Part shown: positions 35,556-46,500 of the stretch, one piece after another | How the letters are laid out: each line of letters starts with the position of its first letter | Position numbering within the stretch: position 1 is the first letter of the stretch | Source of the DNA: Rhabdothermincola salaria | Lineage (GTDB): Bacteria; Actinomycetota; Acidimicrobiia; Acidimicrobiales; Acidimicrobilacustridaceae | Length of the DNA: 64,000 nucleotides | Direction of reading: 5' to 3' | NCBI RefSeq assembly: GCF_021246445.1 | Contig: NZ_JAJQXW010000002.1 | Location: 496,001 to 560,000, forward strand | Made by a program: the position numbers and the translations under genes | The notes under the pieces: model-generated | Database searches by the model: none | Told to the model about the DNA's origin: nothing | What the model saw: the letters and a program-made list of their open reading frames with translations, nothing else

Positions 35556-37511
35556 CTAGGTTCGACCGTCGCGGAGCACGCCGGCCACGATGCGCAGCGT
35601 CAGCACCGCGGCGACGGCCAGGCCGATGTAGCCCAGGACCTCGTCGAGCACGAGCTCCTTGCCGTCGCCCTCGACGCTCAACAACAGCACCGAGCCGATG
35701 CCGAGCGACGCCGCCAGGACCGCCAGAACGGTGCGGTTCACCAGCGAGGTGATCGTGTCGACGTCGCGCTGGTCGTTGAGCAGCGACATGCGCAACGAGA
35801 GCCTCCCCTGCGCGGCCTGGCCGAGCAGGTCGTCGATGCGTTGGGGCAGCCGACGCAGGCGCGGGAGCTGGGTGAGCGCCTCGGCCTCGGCCACCCGGCG
35901 CAGCGAGCTGACGTCGAGGTCGGGGCCCAGCATGTCCTTGGCCTCGTCCATCGCCGCATCGACCAGCGAGAACGACGGGTCGACGGTGGTGAGCGTGCCC
36001 TCCAGGGTCACGAACATCCGGCCGAGCGATGCCATCCAGCGCGGAGGCTGCATGCCGTAGCGGGCGAGCATGGTCAGCAGGTCCTCGAACAAGCCGGCGT
36101 CGAGCCCTCCGGCCCCAGCGGCGTGCACGGCGATGAACTCGTCGATGGACCGGTCGAGGGCGGCCAGGTCGACGCCGTCGCCGACCACGCCGGCTGCCTC
36201 GAGTGACTGGCGCATCAACGACGGATCGCCGGTGGTGGCGCCGATCAGCACCTGCATGACCACGTCGCGCTGCTGCTTGGTGAGGCGGCCCATGGCCCCC
36301 AGGTCGATGAGGACGATGGTGCCGTCGTCCTCGACGAGCACGTTGCCCGGGTGCGGGTCGGCGTGGAAGACGCCGGCTCGGAACAGGTGGTGCAAGGTGG
36401 TGGACAGCAGCCGACGGGCCAGCAGGGCGGGGTCGTGGCCGGCGGCCCGCATGGCGGCGGTGTCGTCGATGGAGTAGCCGTGGACGCGCTCTTCGACCAG
36501 CAGCGTGCGGTCGCTCATGGTGGGGTACACGGCCGGGATGCGGACCCCGCAGTCGTCGGGGGTGGCGGCGGCGAGGGCGAGGGCGTTGGCCACCTCGGCG
36601 GTGAAGTCCAGCTCGGCGCGGATGCCGTCGAGGAACTCGCCGGCCAGGCCGGTGGGGCTGAGGTTGAGCCCCAACGTGGTGCGCCGTTCCAACAGCCCGG
36701 CCAGCTGCATGAGGGCGATGGTGTCGCGCTCGATCAGGGTGTCGAGGCCCGGGCGTTGGACCTTGACCACGACCTCGTCGCCGGTGGGCAGGGTGGCCGC
36801 GTAGACCTGGGCGATGGAGGCGCTGGCGAGGGGCTCCCACACGAACCCGGGGAACACCTCCTCGACCGGCCGGCCGAAGTGGGCCTCGACCTCGGGGCGG
36901 ACCACCTCGGTGGGGGCGGGCTCCGCGCCGGAGCGGAGCTGGGCCAGCTCGTCGCACAGCGCCGGGGGCAGCAGGTCCGAGCGGGTGGAGGCGACCTGGC
37001 CGATCTTCACGAACAGCCCGCCGGCCTGTTCGAGGGTGGCCCGCAGCGCGGGACCCATCCACGTGGCGGACGTCGGGTCGGTGAGGTCGATGCGGCGCGA
37101 GAGCAACCCGTTGCGCCGGGCCAGCCCGACGAGCTCGCGATAGCGGCTCACGGGGGACCAGGCGGTCGAGATCCGTCGCTTGCGCCCGATGGCGATGAGG
37201 CCGGCGGCGTTGCCCTGGGCGAGGGTGCCGGGTGCCGCGATGAGGTCCTGTCCCACCGCGAAGACCATCGTGAGCAGCGTGCCGAACACCATGGTGAGCC
37301 CGACCATCTCCCAGCTGCGCCACAGCCAGTCGGTCATGGCCCCGGCCAGCACCAGCCCGACGGTGAACCCGGCGACACCGGACGCGAGCAGGGCCAGCCA
37401 GCCGCGACGGGCCCCGAGGAGGCGACCTCCGAGCCAGGTGACCGCAGTGCCGGCGATGGGGAAGAGCAGCACCCACAGCACCACCGTGCCGGCGTCGACC
37501 GCGGCCAGCAC
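35556..37511 (-). CDS. AarF/ABC1/UbiB-family atypical kinase with N- and C-terminal TM helices (start uncertain)
   Basis: GGLFVKIGQVASTRSDLLP, PLASASIAQVYAA, VVVKVQRP, ELDFTAE, FHADPHPGNV, LIDLG. Confidence 0.9.
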   Translation of the reverse strand: MLAAVDAGTVVLWVLLFPIAGTAVTWLGGRLLGARRGWLALLASGVAGFTVGLVLAGAMTDWLWRSWEMVGLTMVFGTLLTMVFAVGQDLIAAPGTLAQGNAAGLIAIGRKRRISTAWSPVSRYRELVGLARRNGLLSRRIDLTDPTSATWMGPALRATLEQAGGLFVKIGQVASTRSDLLPPALCDELAQLRSGAEPAPTEVVRPEVEAHFGRPVEEVFPGFVWEPLASASIAQVYAATLPTGDEVVVKVQRPGLDTLIERDTIALMQLAGLLERRTTLGLNLSPTGLAGEFLDGIRAELDFTAEVANALALAAATPDDCGVRIPAVYPTMSDRTLLVEERVHGYSIDDTAAMRAAGHDPALLARRLLSTTLHHLFRAGVFHADPHPGNVLVEDDGTIVLIDLGAMGRLTKQQRDVVMQVLIGATTGDPSLMRQSLEAAGVVGDGVDLAALDRSIDEFIAVHAAGAGGLDAGLFEDLLTMLARYGMQPPRWMASLGRMFVTLEGTLTTVDPSFSLVDAAMDEAKDMLGPDLDVSSLRRVAEAEALTQLPRLRRLPQRIDDLLGQAAQGRLSLRMSLLNDQRDVDTITSLVNRTVLAVLAASLGIGSVLLLSVEGDGKELVLDEVLGYIGLAVAAVLTLRIVAGVLRDGRT

Positions 37512-37702
37512 CGGCCCGCTCAGTTCTTGGGCACGGCCCAGCACGACGCCTGGTCCCTCGAACCCCTGGAATGCGATCAACGCCTCCACCTCTCTCCGTG
37601 TGTGCGAGGAGCGACCGACGCTACCCGGGCAACGATTCCGGGGAGGGAAAGGTCCTCGTCCGACGGTCGGGCACGCGTCGGCGGTGTGGGACGATCGACG
37701 CC

Positions 37703-40447
37703 GTGAGCGACACGGCACAGCGGTCCGGACCCGCGGCCGGGGGCTCGGCGTGCTCGTCCACCGGCTTCGTGGGACGCGAGTCGCTGACCCGGTCCTTGGA
37801 GATGGCCTGGGATCGAACGCGACGGGGTGAGGGGACGACCCTCGCCCTCCTCGGCGGCGCCGCCATCGGCAAGTCGACACTCCTCTCTCATCTGGCGCGC
37901 CACGTCGGGGGCGACGACCGGGCCCCCGTGGTGTGGGTGGTCGGTCGGGGTGGCGACCTGTGTCGCCCGCTGGCGGCTGTCGAAGACCTGTGCCGACAGC
38001 TCCTGGGTGACCCCGCCGAACCGGGTGAGGCGGAGTCGTTCTCAGTCGACGAGGTCGAGCCGGTGGCGGCGGGCCACTGCCTGCGTGACGCACTGGAGCG
38101 AGCGAGCCGCCGCCGCCCTCTCGCGTTGTTGGTCGACGACGTCCACGATCTGGACCCGGCGAGCCGAACCGCCCTGAGCCTGGCCCTGCGCGGGGTGCAG
38201 GCCCCGCGGTTGCTCGCGGTGGTCGCCGGTCGGCCGGTCGAGCCGGTGCTGCGCTTCACCGAGGGCTTCCCGGCCATGGAGGTGTCCGCCCTCGCGACAC
38301 CGCAGGCCCGTCGGCTCCTGCGCGAGAGCGCCGGTCGCTCGATCGCTCCCGACGTCGAACGCCGGTTGCTGGCGGTGGCGCAGGGGAACCCGCTCGCCCT
38401 GCGGACGTTGCCGAACCTGCTCGAGCCCGCCCACCTCGACGGGACCCGCCTGCTCCCCGAGCCGGTCCCGATCGCCGGCGACCTCCGGGTGGCGTTCGAG
38501 CGGCCGCTCGCGAGCCTCACCCGGCCCGCCCGGGACCTCGTCGAGCTGGCGGCGGTCAGCGCCGACGGCGGCTGGACCGCGATCGAGGCGGCCACAGACG
38601 GCCGGGCCGGTGAGGCCCTGGGCGAGGTCGAGGCCGGCGGCCTCGGTCGGCTGGTCGACGGGAAGCTCGTCTTCACCCATCCGCTCGTCCGGTCGGCCGC
38701 CATCGCCGCGATGTCCGATCATCGACGACGGAGCCTGAACCGGCGGTTGGCGGACGTGGCATCGCTCCCCGACAGCACCCGTCTCCTGCACCGAGCTCAC
38801 GCCGTCGCCGGTCCCGACGAGGACCTGGTCGATGCCCTGGTGGACGCAGCGAAGGGGTGGCGTGAGCGAGGGGGCGTCGAAGCCGCCGCCCGGCTGCTCG
38901 AACGGGCAGTGGTGCTGACCGGCGACGACGCCCGACGCCGGGTGCTGCGCGTCGAGGCCTCCGAAGTGCTCGCGCTGTCCGGCGCGGCCAGTGCCGCCCG
39001 TGAGCACCTGGAGGCGGTCGTGGCCGTCCCCGGCCCGGGTTCGGTGGGCGCCGAGGTGCAGTTGGCGCGCCTCGAGGCGCTGCAGGGCGACCCTTTCGGC
39101 GCCTGGCAGCGTCTGCGCGAGTGCGCCACGCTGGCGACGGGCGCGGAGCTGGGGTCCGTGCTCACGTCGATGGCGGTGCCGCTGGGCATGCTCGGCCTCG
39201 TCGGCGAGGTCGAGGCCCAGGCCTCGCTGGCCATGGACGTCCTCGACGCCGGTTCCGTCGCCCACCAGGTCGCGACCGTCATCCACGCCCATGCGGTGGT
39301 GTCGCTCGACGAGGGCCGAGGCGCGCCGCTGGTGGCCGGGCTGCCCGAGCTCGACGCGCTCGCCGCGGTGGACCACGACCCGCAGCTCGGGCTCCACCTG
39401 GGGCGAGCCCAGGGCCTGGCCGAACGTTGCCCTGCCGGGGTCGACATGCTGACCGCGCTCATCGCCCGGGGGCGGGGCGAGGGGGCGCGCGCCTCGCTGG
39501 CCATGACCTACGGGACGCTCGGAGACGTGTTGGTGCGGTCCTGCCGCTACGACGAAGCCGTCACCGCCCTCGACGAGTCGTTGGCGCTCAGCGTGGCGAC
39601 CGGCCAGCGAGCTTTCGCTCCCTTCTGGTACGCCCTGCGGGCCCGGGTCCGGGCGATCCGCGGCGACGCGACCGGCGCCCGTGGCGATCTCGACGCCGGG
39701 TTCGGCCTCGCCGACGAGTTCTCGGTGCCGGGCGCCCGGTACTTCCTGCTCGGAGCGGCCGGCCTGGCCGCGCTGGCGCGACAGGACCACCTGTCGGCGC
39801 GCGAGAACCTCGAGGAGTGCCGCTTCTTCGAGGAGGCGGCCGGGCCGCTGTCCCCCAACCTGGGCCGCTGGGTTCCGGATCTGGTCGAGACCCACATCGC
39901 CCTGGGACGAGACGACCTCGCCCGCTCCGCGGCGGTGGGCCTCCTCGAGGCGACCGCGGCCCCCGGGACCGCCCGCTGGACGCGCGCGGCGGCCGCCCGT
40001 TGCCGGGGACTCCTCGCGCAGGGCGACGACCCCCGGGCCGCGGTCGAGGCGTTCGAGGAGGCGGTGAGAACGTTCGACGCGACGGTGGATGCCTTCGATC
40101 GCGCCCGTGCCCTCCTCGATCTGGCCCGGGCGCGCTCGCGCTCAGGGGTCGCCGATTCCGACGCCGCGGCCATGGAGGCTCGCTACGCGTTCCGCCGCTT
40201 GGGGGCCGACGCCTGGGAGGCGCAGGTCGACGACGGGGTCGGGCGTGCGGAGGATCCCGGGCTGGCATCCCTGACCCCCGCGGAGCTGCGGATCCTCGTG
40301 GAGGTCAGCCATGGGGCGACGAACCACCAGATCGCCAGGCGACTCCACCTCAGTCCGAAGACGGTGGCCAACCAGCTGTCCCGCGTCTACCGCAAGCTGG
40401 GGGTGTCGTCGCGCACCGAGGCGGCCCACCGCTACCTCTCGCGCTGA
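37703..40447 (+). CDS. LAL-type AAA/STAND + LuxR HTH regulator (copy B)
   Basis: GGAAIGKST, LLVDDVHDLD, AQGNPLAL, FTHPLVRSA, LTPAELRIL...GATNHQIARRLHLSPKTVANQLSRVYRKLGVSSR; colinear with 3196-5931. Confidence 0.92.
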   Translation: MSDTAQRSGPAAGGSACSSTGFVGRESLTRSLEMAWDRTRRGEGTTLALLGGAAIGKSTLLSHLARHVGGDDRAPVVWVVGRGGDLCRPLAAVEDLCRQLLGDPAEPGEAESFSVDEVEPVAAGHCLRDALERASRRRPLALLVDDVHDLDPASRTALSLALRGVQAPRLLAVVAGRPVEPVLRFTEGFPAMEVSALATPQARRLLRESAGRSIAPDVERRLLAVAQGNPLALRTLPNLLEPAHLDGTRLLPEPVPIAGDLRVAFERPLASLTRPARDLVELAAVSADGGWTAIEAATDGRAGEALGEVEAGGLGRLVDGKLVFTHPLVRSAAIAAMSDHRRRSLNRRLADVASLPDSTRLLHRAHAVAGPDEDLVDALVDAAKGWRERGGVEAAARLLERAVVLTGDDARRRVLRVEASEVLALSGAASAAREHLEAVVAVPGPGSVGAEVQLARLEALQGDPFGAWQRLRECATLATGAELGSVLTSMAVPLGMLGLVGEVEAQASLAMDVLDAGSVAHQVATVIHAHAVVSLDEGRGAPLVAGLPELDALAAVDHDPQLGLHLGRAQGLAERCPAGVDMLTALIARGRGEGARASLAMTYGTLGDVLVRSCRYDEAVTALDESLALSVATGQRAFAPFWYALRARVRAIRGDATGARGDLDAGFGLADEFSVPGARYFLLGAAGLAALARQDHLSARENLEECRFFEEAAGPLSPNLGRWVPDLVETHIALGRDDLARSAAVGLLEATAAPGTARWTRAAAARCRGLLAQGDDPRAAVEAFEEAVRTFDATVDAFDRARALLDLARARSRSGVADSDAAAMEARYAFRRLGADAWEAQVDDGVGRAEDPGLASLTPAELRILVEVSHGATNHQIARRLHLSPKTVANQLSRVYRKLGVSSRTEAAHRYLSR

Positions 40448-40501
40448 GGTCCCGACTCGACGAGGAGGCTCCCCGGTCTCCGCCGACGGGGGGGTGGAGG
40501 A

Positions 40502-40546
40502 AGGGAAGAATGTCCCCATGACCGCGGCGGAGCGCGTCCGTACCAT
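40502..40546 (+). promoter_or_regulatory. Putative operator palindrome + sigma70-type promoter of giant protein B
   Basis: AGGG-AAGAATGT-CCCC (40502-40517) abuts -35 ATGACC (40518-40523), 17-bp spacer, -10 TACCAT (40541-40546), 8 nt to GTG at 40555. Confidence 0.65.
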
Positions 40547-40554
40547 CCCGTCAC

Positions 40555-43500
40555 GTGGAGCCCCTGGACCCAGCCCGTGACCTGACCGCGCGCGCCCGAG
40601 GGGCTCGAGCCCGCCTCTGGTGGGCGTTCGCGGCGCTGGCCGCAGTCGGCGTGCTGTCACTCGTGGCGGGCGTGGCGGGCGGTAGCCGTTCGACGTGGGG
40701 CGAGGGCGACGTGCCCACCGTCGCCGCCATCGAGGTCGGCACCGACGGGAGCCGGGCGGTGCGGGTGACGTGGCCGACGCCGTCGGCGACCCCCGAGACG
40801 ATCGAGCTCGTGCGCGTGGTCGGCATCACCACGACCGTGGTGGCCACCGGGCCGGGCGACGTCAGGGAGCTGGTGGATCCGTCGGTGCCCGAAGGCCAGC
40901 AGGTCGCCTACCAGGTGCGGGCGATCATGGAGGGCCAGCAGGCCGGACTGCTTCGTGGCCCCGTCGTCATCGTGGGTGCCGATGCCGTGCGCTGCACCAT
41001 CGCGTGGACGGGGGCCGCCGGCGACGCTTGGGGCGACGTCCGCAACTGGGCCCCCGTGCTCGTCGACGGACAGGGTGACCCGACCCCTCGCCTGCCGCAG
41101 GCCTCCGACGCCGCCTGCATCCACGCCCGCCACAACCTGCCGGTCACCGTCGCCGGATCCCAGCCCTCGGTGGGCTCCCTGGACGCGCCGGCGGGCATCA
41201 CCGAAGCGGTGCTGTCGATGGCGTCCGGTGATCTCGAGGTCCTCGGGGAGTTCGACGCGCAGCGGGTCCACATGGACGGTGGGACCCTCGCGTTGCGCTC
41301 GGGGGGACGCATCCTCGCCAGCGCGGGCGTCAACCTGGCCCTGCAGGGCGGCACCCTCGAGCTGGGCGGCACCCTGCAGGTGAGCAACGGCAACAACGGC
41401 GAGGTCCGCCTCGACGACGGCGCGGACGTGGCGGTCGTCGGTGGACGCCTGCTCGTCGACGACCTGCGCATCGGCCCGCCCACCGCCGGCCTTCCGGCCG
41501 ACGCCACGCTGCTCGCCGCGGGCGGTCACGTGCTCGAGGTCGACGATGCCCGGATCAACGGCCGGGTCGACCTGGTCGTGGGCGACGGAGGCGCCACGCT
41601 GGGCGCTCGCGACCTCGACGTCTACCGCAACGGCGGTGACGGTCGGGTGACGATCGGGTGGTCGGTGGCCGGGCGAGGCACCTCCGCCACGCCCGCCACG
41701 ATCCGGGTGCGCGACACCAGCGAGCTGAACCTGACCGACATGGCCGCGCTGGGTGGTGGCGACGACCACCTCGAGGACGTGGCCCTCGAGGTCGAGGGGC
41801 CCCTGCGGTTCGATGAGCCGGTCGGATCGATCGACCGTCTCACCCTCACCGGTGCTGCCGCGCAGGTCTCCTCGGGTGGAGCTCCGACGCCCTACGCCGG
41901 TCTGGCCGAGGTGGGGCACCTCACCGCGTTCTCCGCGACCGCGGCCTGGCCGGGCGACCTCGCCGTCGACCGCTTGGAGGTGTACGGCTCGGAGCTGTTG
42001 GTCGCCGGCACGTTGGGCGACCGACCGGGCGGTGGTTTCGCCCTCACGACGTTCGAATCCGTCCTCGGCTCGTCCACGCCGCTGGTGCTCCCGGTCGACG
42101 CCGCGCTCGACATGGGCTTCGGCGAGTCGGTGTTCGAGGGAGACCTCGTGGTCGAGGGTGTGCTCCCCCTCGATCGCCTGGTGGACTTCACCCAGCCGCC
42201 GTTCCTGCGGGTCCGGGGCGACGTGACCGTGCGCCCGGGCGGTGAGGTGGCGATCGTCGAGGGCAAGGGGGGCCTCGAAGTCCTCGGCGATCTCTCGTTG
42301 GACGACGGGTCGACCCTGCGCGCCACGCTCGAGACCGCGCTCGCCGCCGACGAGGAGCGTCGTCTGGTCGCGGCCGGGTCGGTCGAAGGCGACGTTCGTT
42401 CGGTCGTGCTGCAGGGCCCCGGGGCCGACGTCGCCGACGCCGAGCTTCGCGGCGATGGCATCTGGGTGGTGGGTTCCACCGGTGATCCGGGCGGTCCGGG
42501 CGGTCCGGGCGGTCCGGGTGATCCGGGTGATCCGGGTGATCCGGGCGGTCCGGGTGATCCGGGTGATCCGGGTGATCCGGGTGATCCGGAGTGCACCCGT
42601 GATCTGCCGTCGGTGGTGGGGCTCGGATTGCAGGGCTGCTGGGCCGACAGGGGTGACGGCACCTACGTCGCCGGCATCGTGGCCGCCCCCGACGGGGCCC
42701 TTCCGGGGATCGGGGGCATCGTGATCGAGCCCTCGGCGTCGGCGGCGCTGCTCCTCGACCTGCGCGACCCCGCGGCACCCACCCTGCGTTCGGTGCTGCG
42801 GGCCGACGAGGCCCAGCTGGGCGAAGCGTCGGTCACCGTGCCCATCTTGGGGGCCGGGAACGACGGTGCCGCCGTCGAGGGGACGTCCGGCCCTGCATCG
42901 GGACCCGCGTCCATCGACCTCGGCACCTTCGGCATCGACTGGGACCTCGCCGAGATCATCGACCTCGACGCGGTGGGCGCCCTGCTGGGTGTCCCTGTTC
43001 CCGACGGGGTGAAGCTCTGGGTGGAGCAGGGGGCCTGGCGCCTCGCGGCCTCGCTCGGTCTGCCCGACGTCCTCGGTGGCGGCCGCGCCGACCTGGTGGC
43101 CCCGATCGCTCCGGACGGCCTCGACCCCGCCGACCTCGGTGTCGAGGGGATCGCCGAGGCGGTCCTCGCCGAGCTCGGCGGGCTCCGCGACCTCGCCCTC
43201 ACCTGGGTGGGCGACACCACCTGGGCCATCGTGTCGGCGGTGGGCGACCCGTTCGCCATCGACGGCCAGGTCACCTACGACGGCGGTCTCTCCGCCGGCA
43301 CCCTCGTCGTGTCCGGCCTCACGGTGGCCGGCATGGGCGACCCCGACGCCGAGGTCACCCTCACCTTCGACCGCACCGAGGGAACGTGGTCGGGCCTCTA
43401 CGTGGTCCCTTCGGGCGAGCGCCTGTCCGTGGAGCTCACCACCGACGGCACCTCGTTGGTGGCCGGCAGCGTCGAGCTCGCCGGCCTCGAGCTCGGCGTC

Positions 43501-46500
43501 GCCACCGTCGAGGACCTGATGCTGTCGTGGGCTGGCTCCAGCTGGGCGGTGAGCGGCTCGGTCACCACCCTCGACGGTGGCGGCACCCTCAGCGGCACGC
43601 TCGACGTCGACGACGGCGAGGTGCGCACCGTCGAGCTCACCCTCGTGGCCTCCCTCGGGCCGCTGGGGCGAGTCGAACCGTTCGCTTTCAGCTACGTGGC
43701 CGACGCCGAGGTGCTCCCCGACGGCACCGAGCTGGCCGAGGGCTCCGACCTCTACCTCCTCGACGGCACCGTGCACAGCGGTGGTGAGACCAGCACGCTG
43801 ACCGGCTACCTCGTGATGCAGGGCGGGCAGACCGCGCGGGCCGAGCTCGACGCCGACCTCGCCCTGGGCGAGCTCGCCGGCCTCGACGGCCTGCTCTCCT
43901 TCGATCCGGCCGAGAGCCCCGACTGGCTCCTCACCGGTCGTGACGGCGCGCGCAGCGCCACTCTCACCTGTGGGGGCGGGCAGAGCGAGATCTTCGGATC
44001 GCTGCGCCTGTCCGCCGGCGGTCCCACCGCCGGTCGGCTCGAAGCCGACGGCCTCTGCTTCGGGTTCGCCCAGCTCACCTCCGTGGTGCTCGACATCGCC
44101 CCCGAGGAAGACGGGACCGCCTTCGACCTCACGGCCCGACTGGCCCAGCAGAGCGACGACGACGCCGAGGTGACCGGCCGCCTCCACCTCGTCGAGGGGC
44201 GCATCGAGGAGGCGGTCCTGGTGACCCCCGAGGCCACCCTCGAGGGCCTGGTCACCGTTCCGGCCGCCCAGCTGACCCTCACCCGGGAAGGCGACGTCGA
44301 GCGCTGGGAGGCCCGCATCGACGCCGGCTCCGGCGCGCTGCGCCACCTCGAGCTGGCCTGGCGTGACGGCAGCCTCGTGGGGGCCGAGGTGCACCTCGGC
44401 CCCGACGGCGAGGACGGGTCCCCCGTGGCCTCCTGGGGTTGGCTCAGCGTGGCCGAGCTCCACCTCGTGTACGACGGGGTGGCCGAGGAGTGGCTCGTCG
44501 ACGGCCGCTTGGCCACCCCCGACGTGGCCGTGACCGGGGAGCTCGATCTGCTCGACGGCCGCCTCGTCTCCGGTGAGCTGCACGTGGACGGGGCCCAGCT
44601 CGGCCCCATCGCCACCATGGACCTCACCATGACCGTGGACGCCACCATCGACCGCCGGCTGGCTCTGAGCGGCTCGCTGGTCGGGCCCGCCTTCGACGGG
44701 GCCCGCGCCCTCGACGGCGAGCTGGTGTTCACCCCGACCGGGGCGCTCGACTCCGGTCGCCTCGGCATCCCGCTGCTCCCGGTCGGCGAGCTGGCCACCA
44801 TCACCGACCTCGAGATGGCGTTCGAGGTCGGTGGGCTGTGGTCCCTCGCCGGTTCCATCGTCGGCGGCGACGGCAGGCCGCTGAACACGGTGGCCGGCAG
44901 CCTGGAGGTCGACGACGGCGAAGTGGTCGCGGCCCACCTCGCCCTCGGTCGCCTCTCACTCGGCCCCGCGTCGATCGAGGACCTCGAGCTGTCCCTCCTG
45001 CGCCGAACCGGCGACGACAACCGCACCGGCCAGTGGGCGGTCTCGGGCGTCGTCGACGCCCCGGTCACCATCGAACCGGACAGGGACCCCACGGCCGATC
45101 CCGAACCGGTGGCCGGCCGGCTCACGCTGCGCGATGGGCGGGTGACCGGCTTCGAGATGCAGGTGCCGTTCCTCGAGATCGGTGGGCTGGCCTACCTGCG
45201 CGACCTGGAGCTCGGCTACTCCTACGACGCCGATGACGACCTGGCCACGGTGTCCGGCGGCGCCGAGCTGGCCACCGCCGACGACCTCGGGCCGGTCGAT
45301 GCCTCGTTCTCGGTGTCGTTGCGCGACGGGCGCATCGTCGACGCGTCGGTGGCCGCCGACGGGCTGCCGCTCGGAGGCCTGTTCACGCTCACCGACCTGC
45401 TGCTCACCACCGACGCCGTGGACCCGCTCACCACGTGCCCGGGCCTCGAGGGCCCGGTGCCGGACCCGGACCGGCCCGACCTGCGCATCTGGGCCCTGAG
45501 CGCCACGGTCGGCCAGGACCAGGTGCCGGTGTCGGGGTGCGTCGGCATCGACGACGGCGTCCTCGTCGCCGCCGACATCCAACTCGGCTCGGTGCAGCTC
45601 ACCGATCTCTTCCGCTTCGAGGACGTCGGCCTCACCTACGACTCCCTCGAGCAGGTCCCCCTCGAGGGGACCGACCGCGTCCTCACCCGCACGACGCTCG
45701 ACGTGTCCGCCACCGTGATCGCCGGCACCAACGACCCCCTCGTGGTGGGTGGTCAGGCCACCGTCATGGACGGAGGGCTCGAGAGCTTCGGCGTGGGTAT
45801 CGGGACCCTCCCGCTCGTCGGCGGCGTCGAGCTGCGCCAGCTCCGGGTGGACTACGCCCAGCCCGGTCGTTGGGACGGCGAGAGCGACACCACCTTCGCC
45901 CTCAGCGGCGCGGCCCTCCACGAGGGCGGCACCACCGCGGTGGAGGGCTCGTTCCGCTTGGCCGCCGCCGGCCTGGGCGGGCGGGTGCTCGAGGCGTCGG
46001 TCGAGATCCTCGACCTCCCCGTCGGCCCCATGACCCTGGACCGCTTCGCCGTCGAGTACCTCGACGACGACGGTGCCACCTCGTGGGGCATCGGTGGCGA
46101 GGTCACCGTGGCCGACGGCGAGACCTACGGCATCGACGGCGCCGCCGCCGTCGCCGACGGCCGGCTCCAGTCCGCCTCGCTCACCATCCCGCGCCTGCCG
46201 ATCTACGACCAGCTGCTGTTGCAGGACCTCTCGTTCGCCTACGACCTCGACCCCGACAGCGGGTCGGCCCAGTGGTCCGGCACCGGCAGCGTGGCCGGAA
46301 CCCGAGGCGGAGGCGGCGGCGCCCCCACCGCTTCGGTCGACCTGCTCATCGATGACCAAGGGCGCCTCGTCGACGGCGAGATCACCGCCGGCAACGTGGC
46401 GTGGGGTGGGCTGTTCGCGCTCGAGGACTTCACCCTCACGACCACCGCCGGTCCTCCGGGCGACCGGTTCTGGACCGCAGCGGCGTCGGTGTCGGTGAGC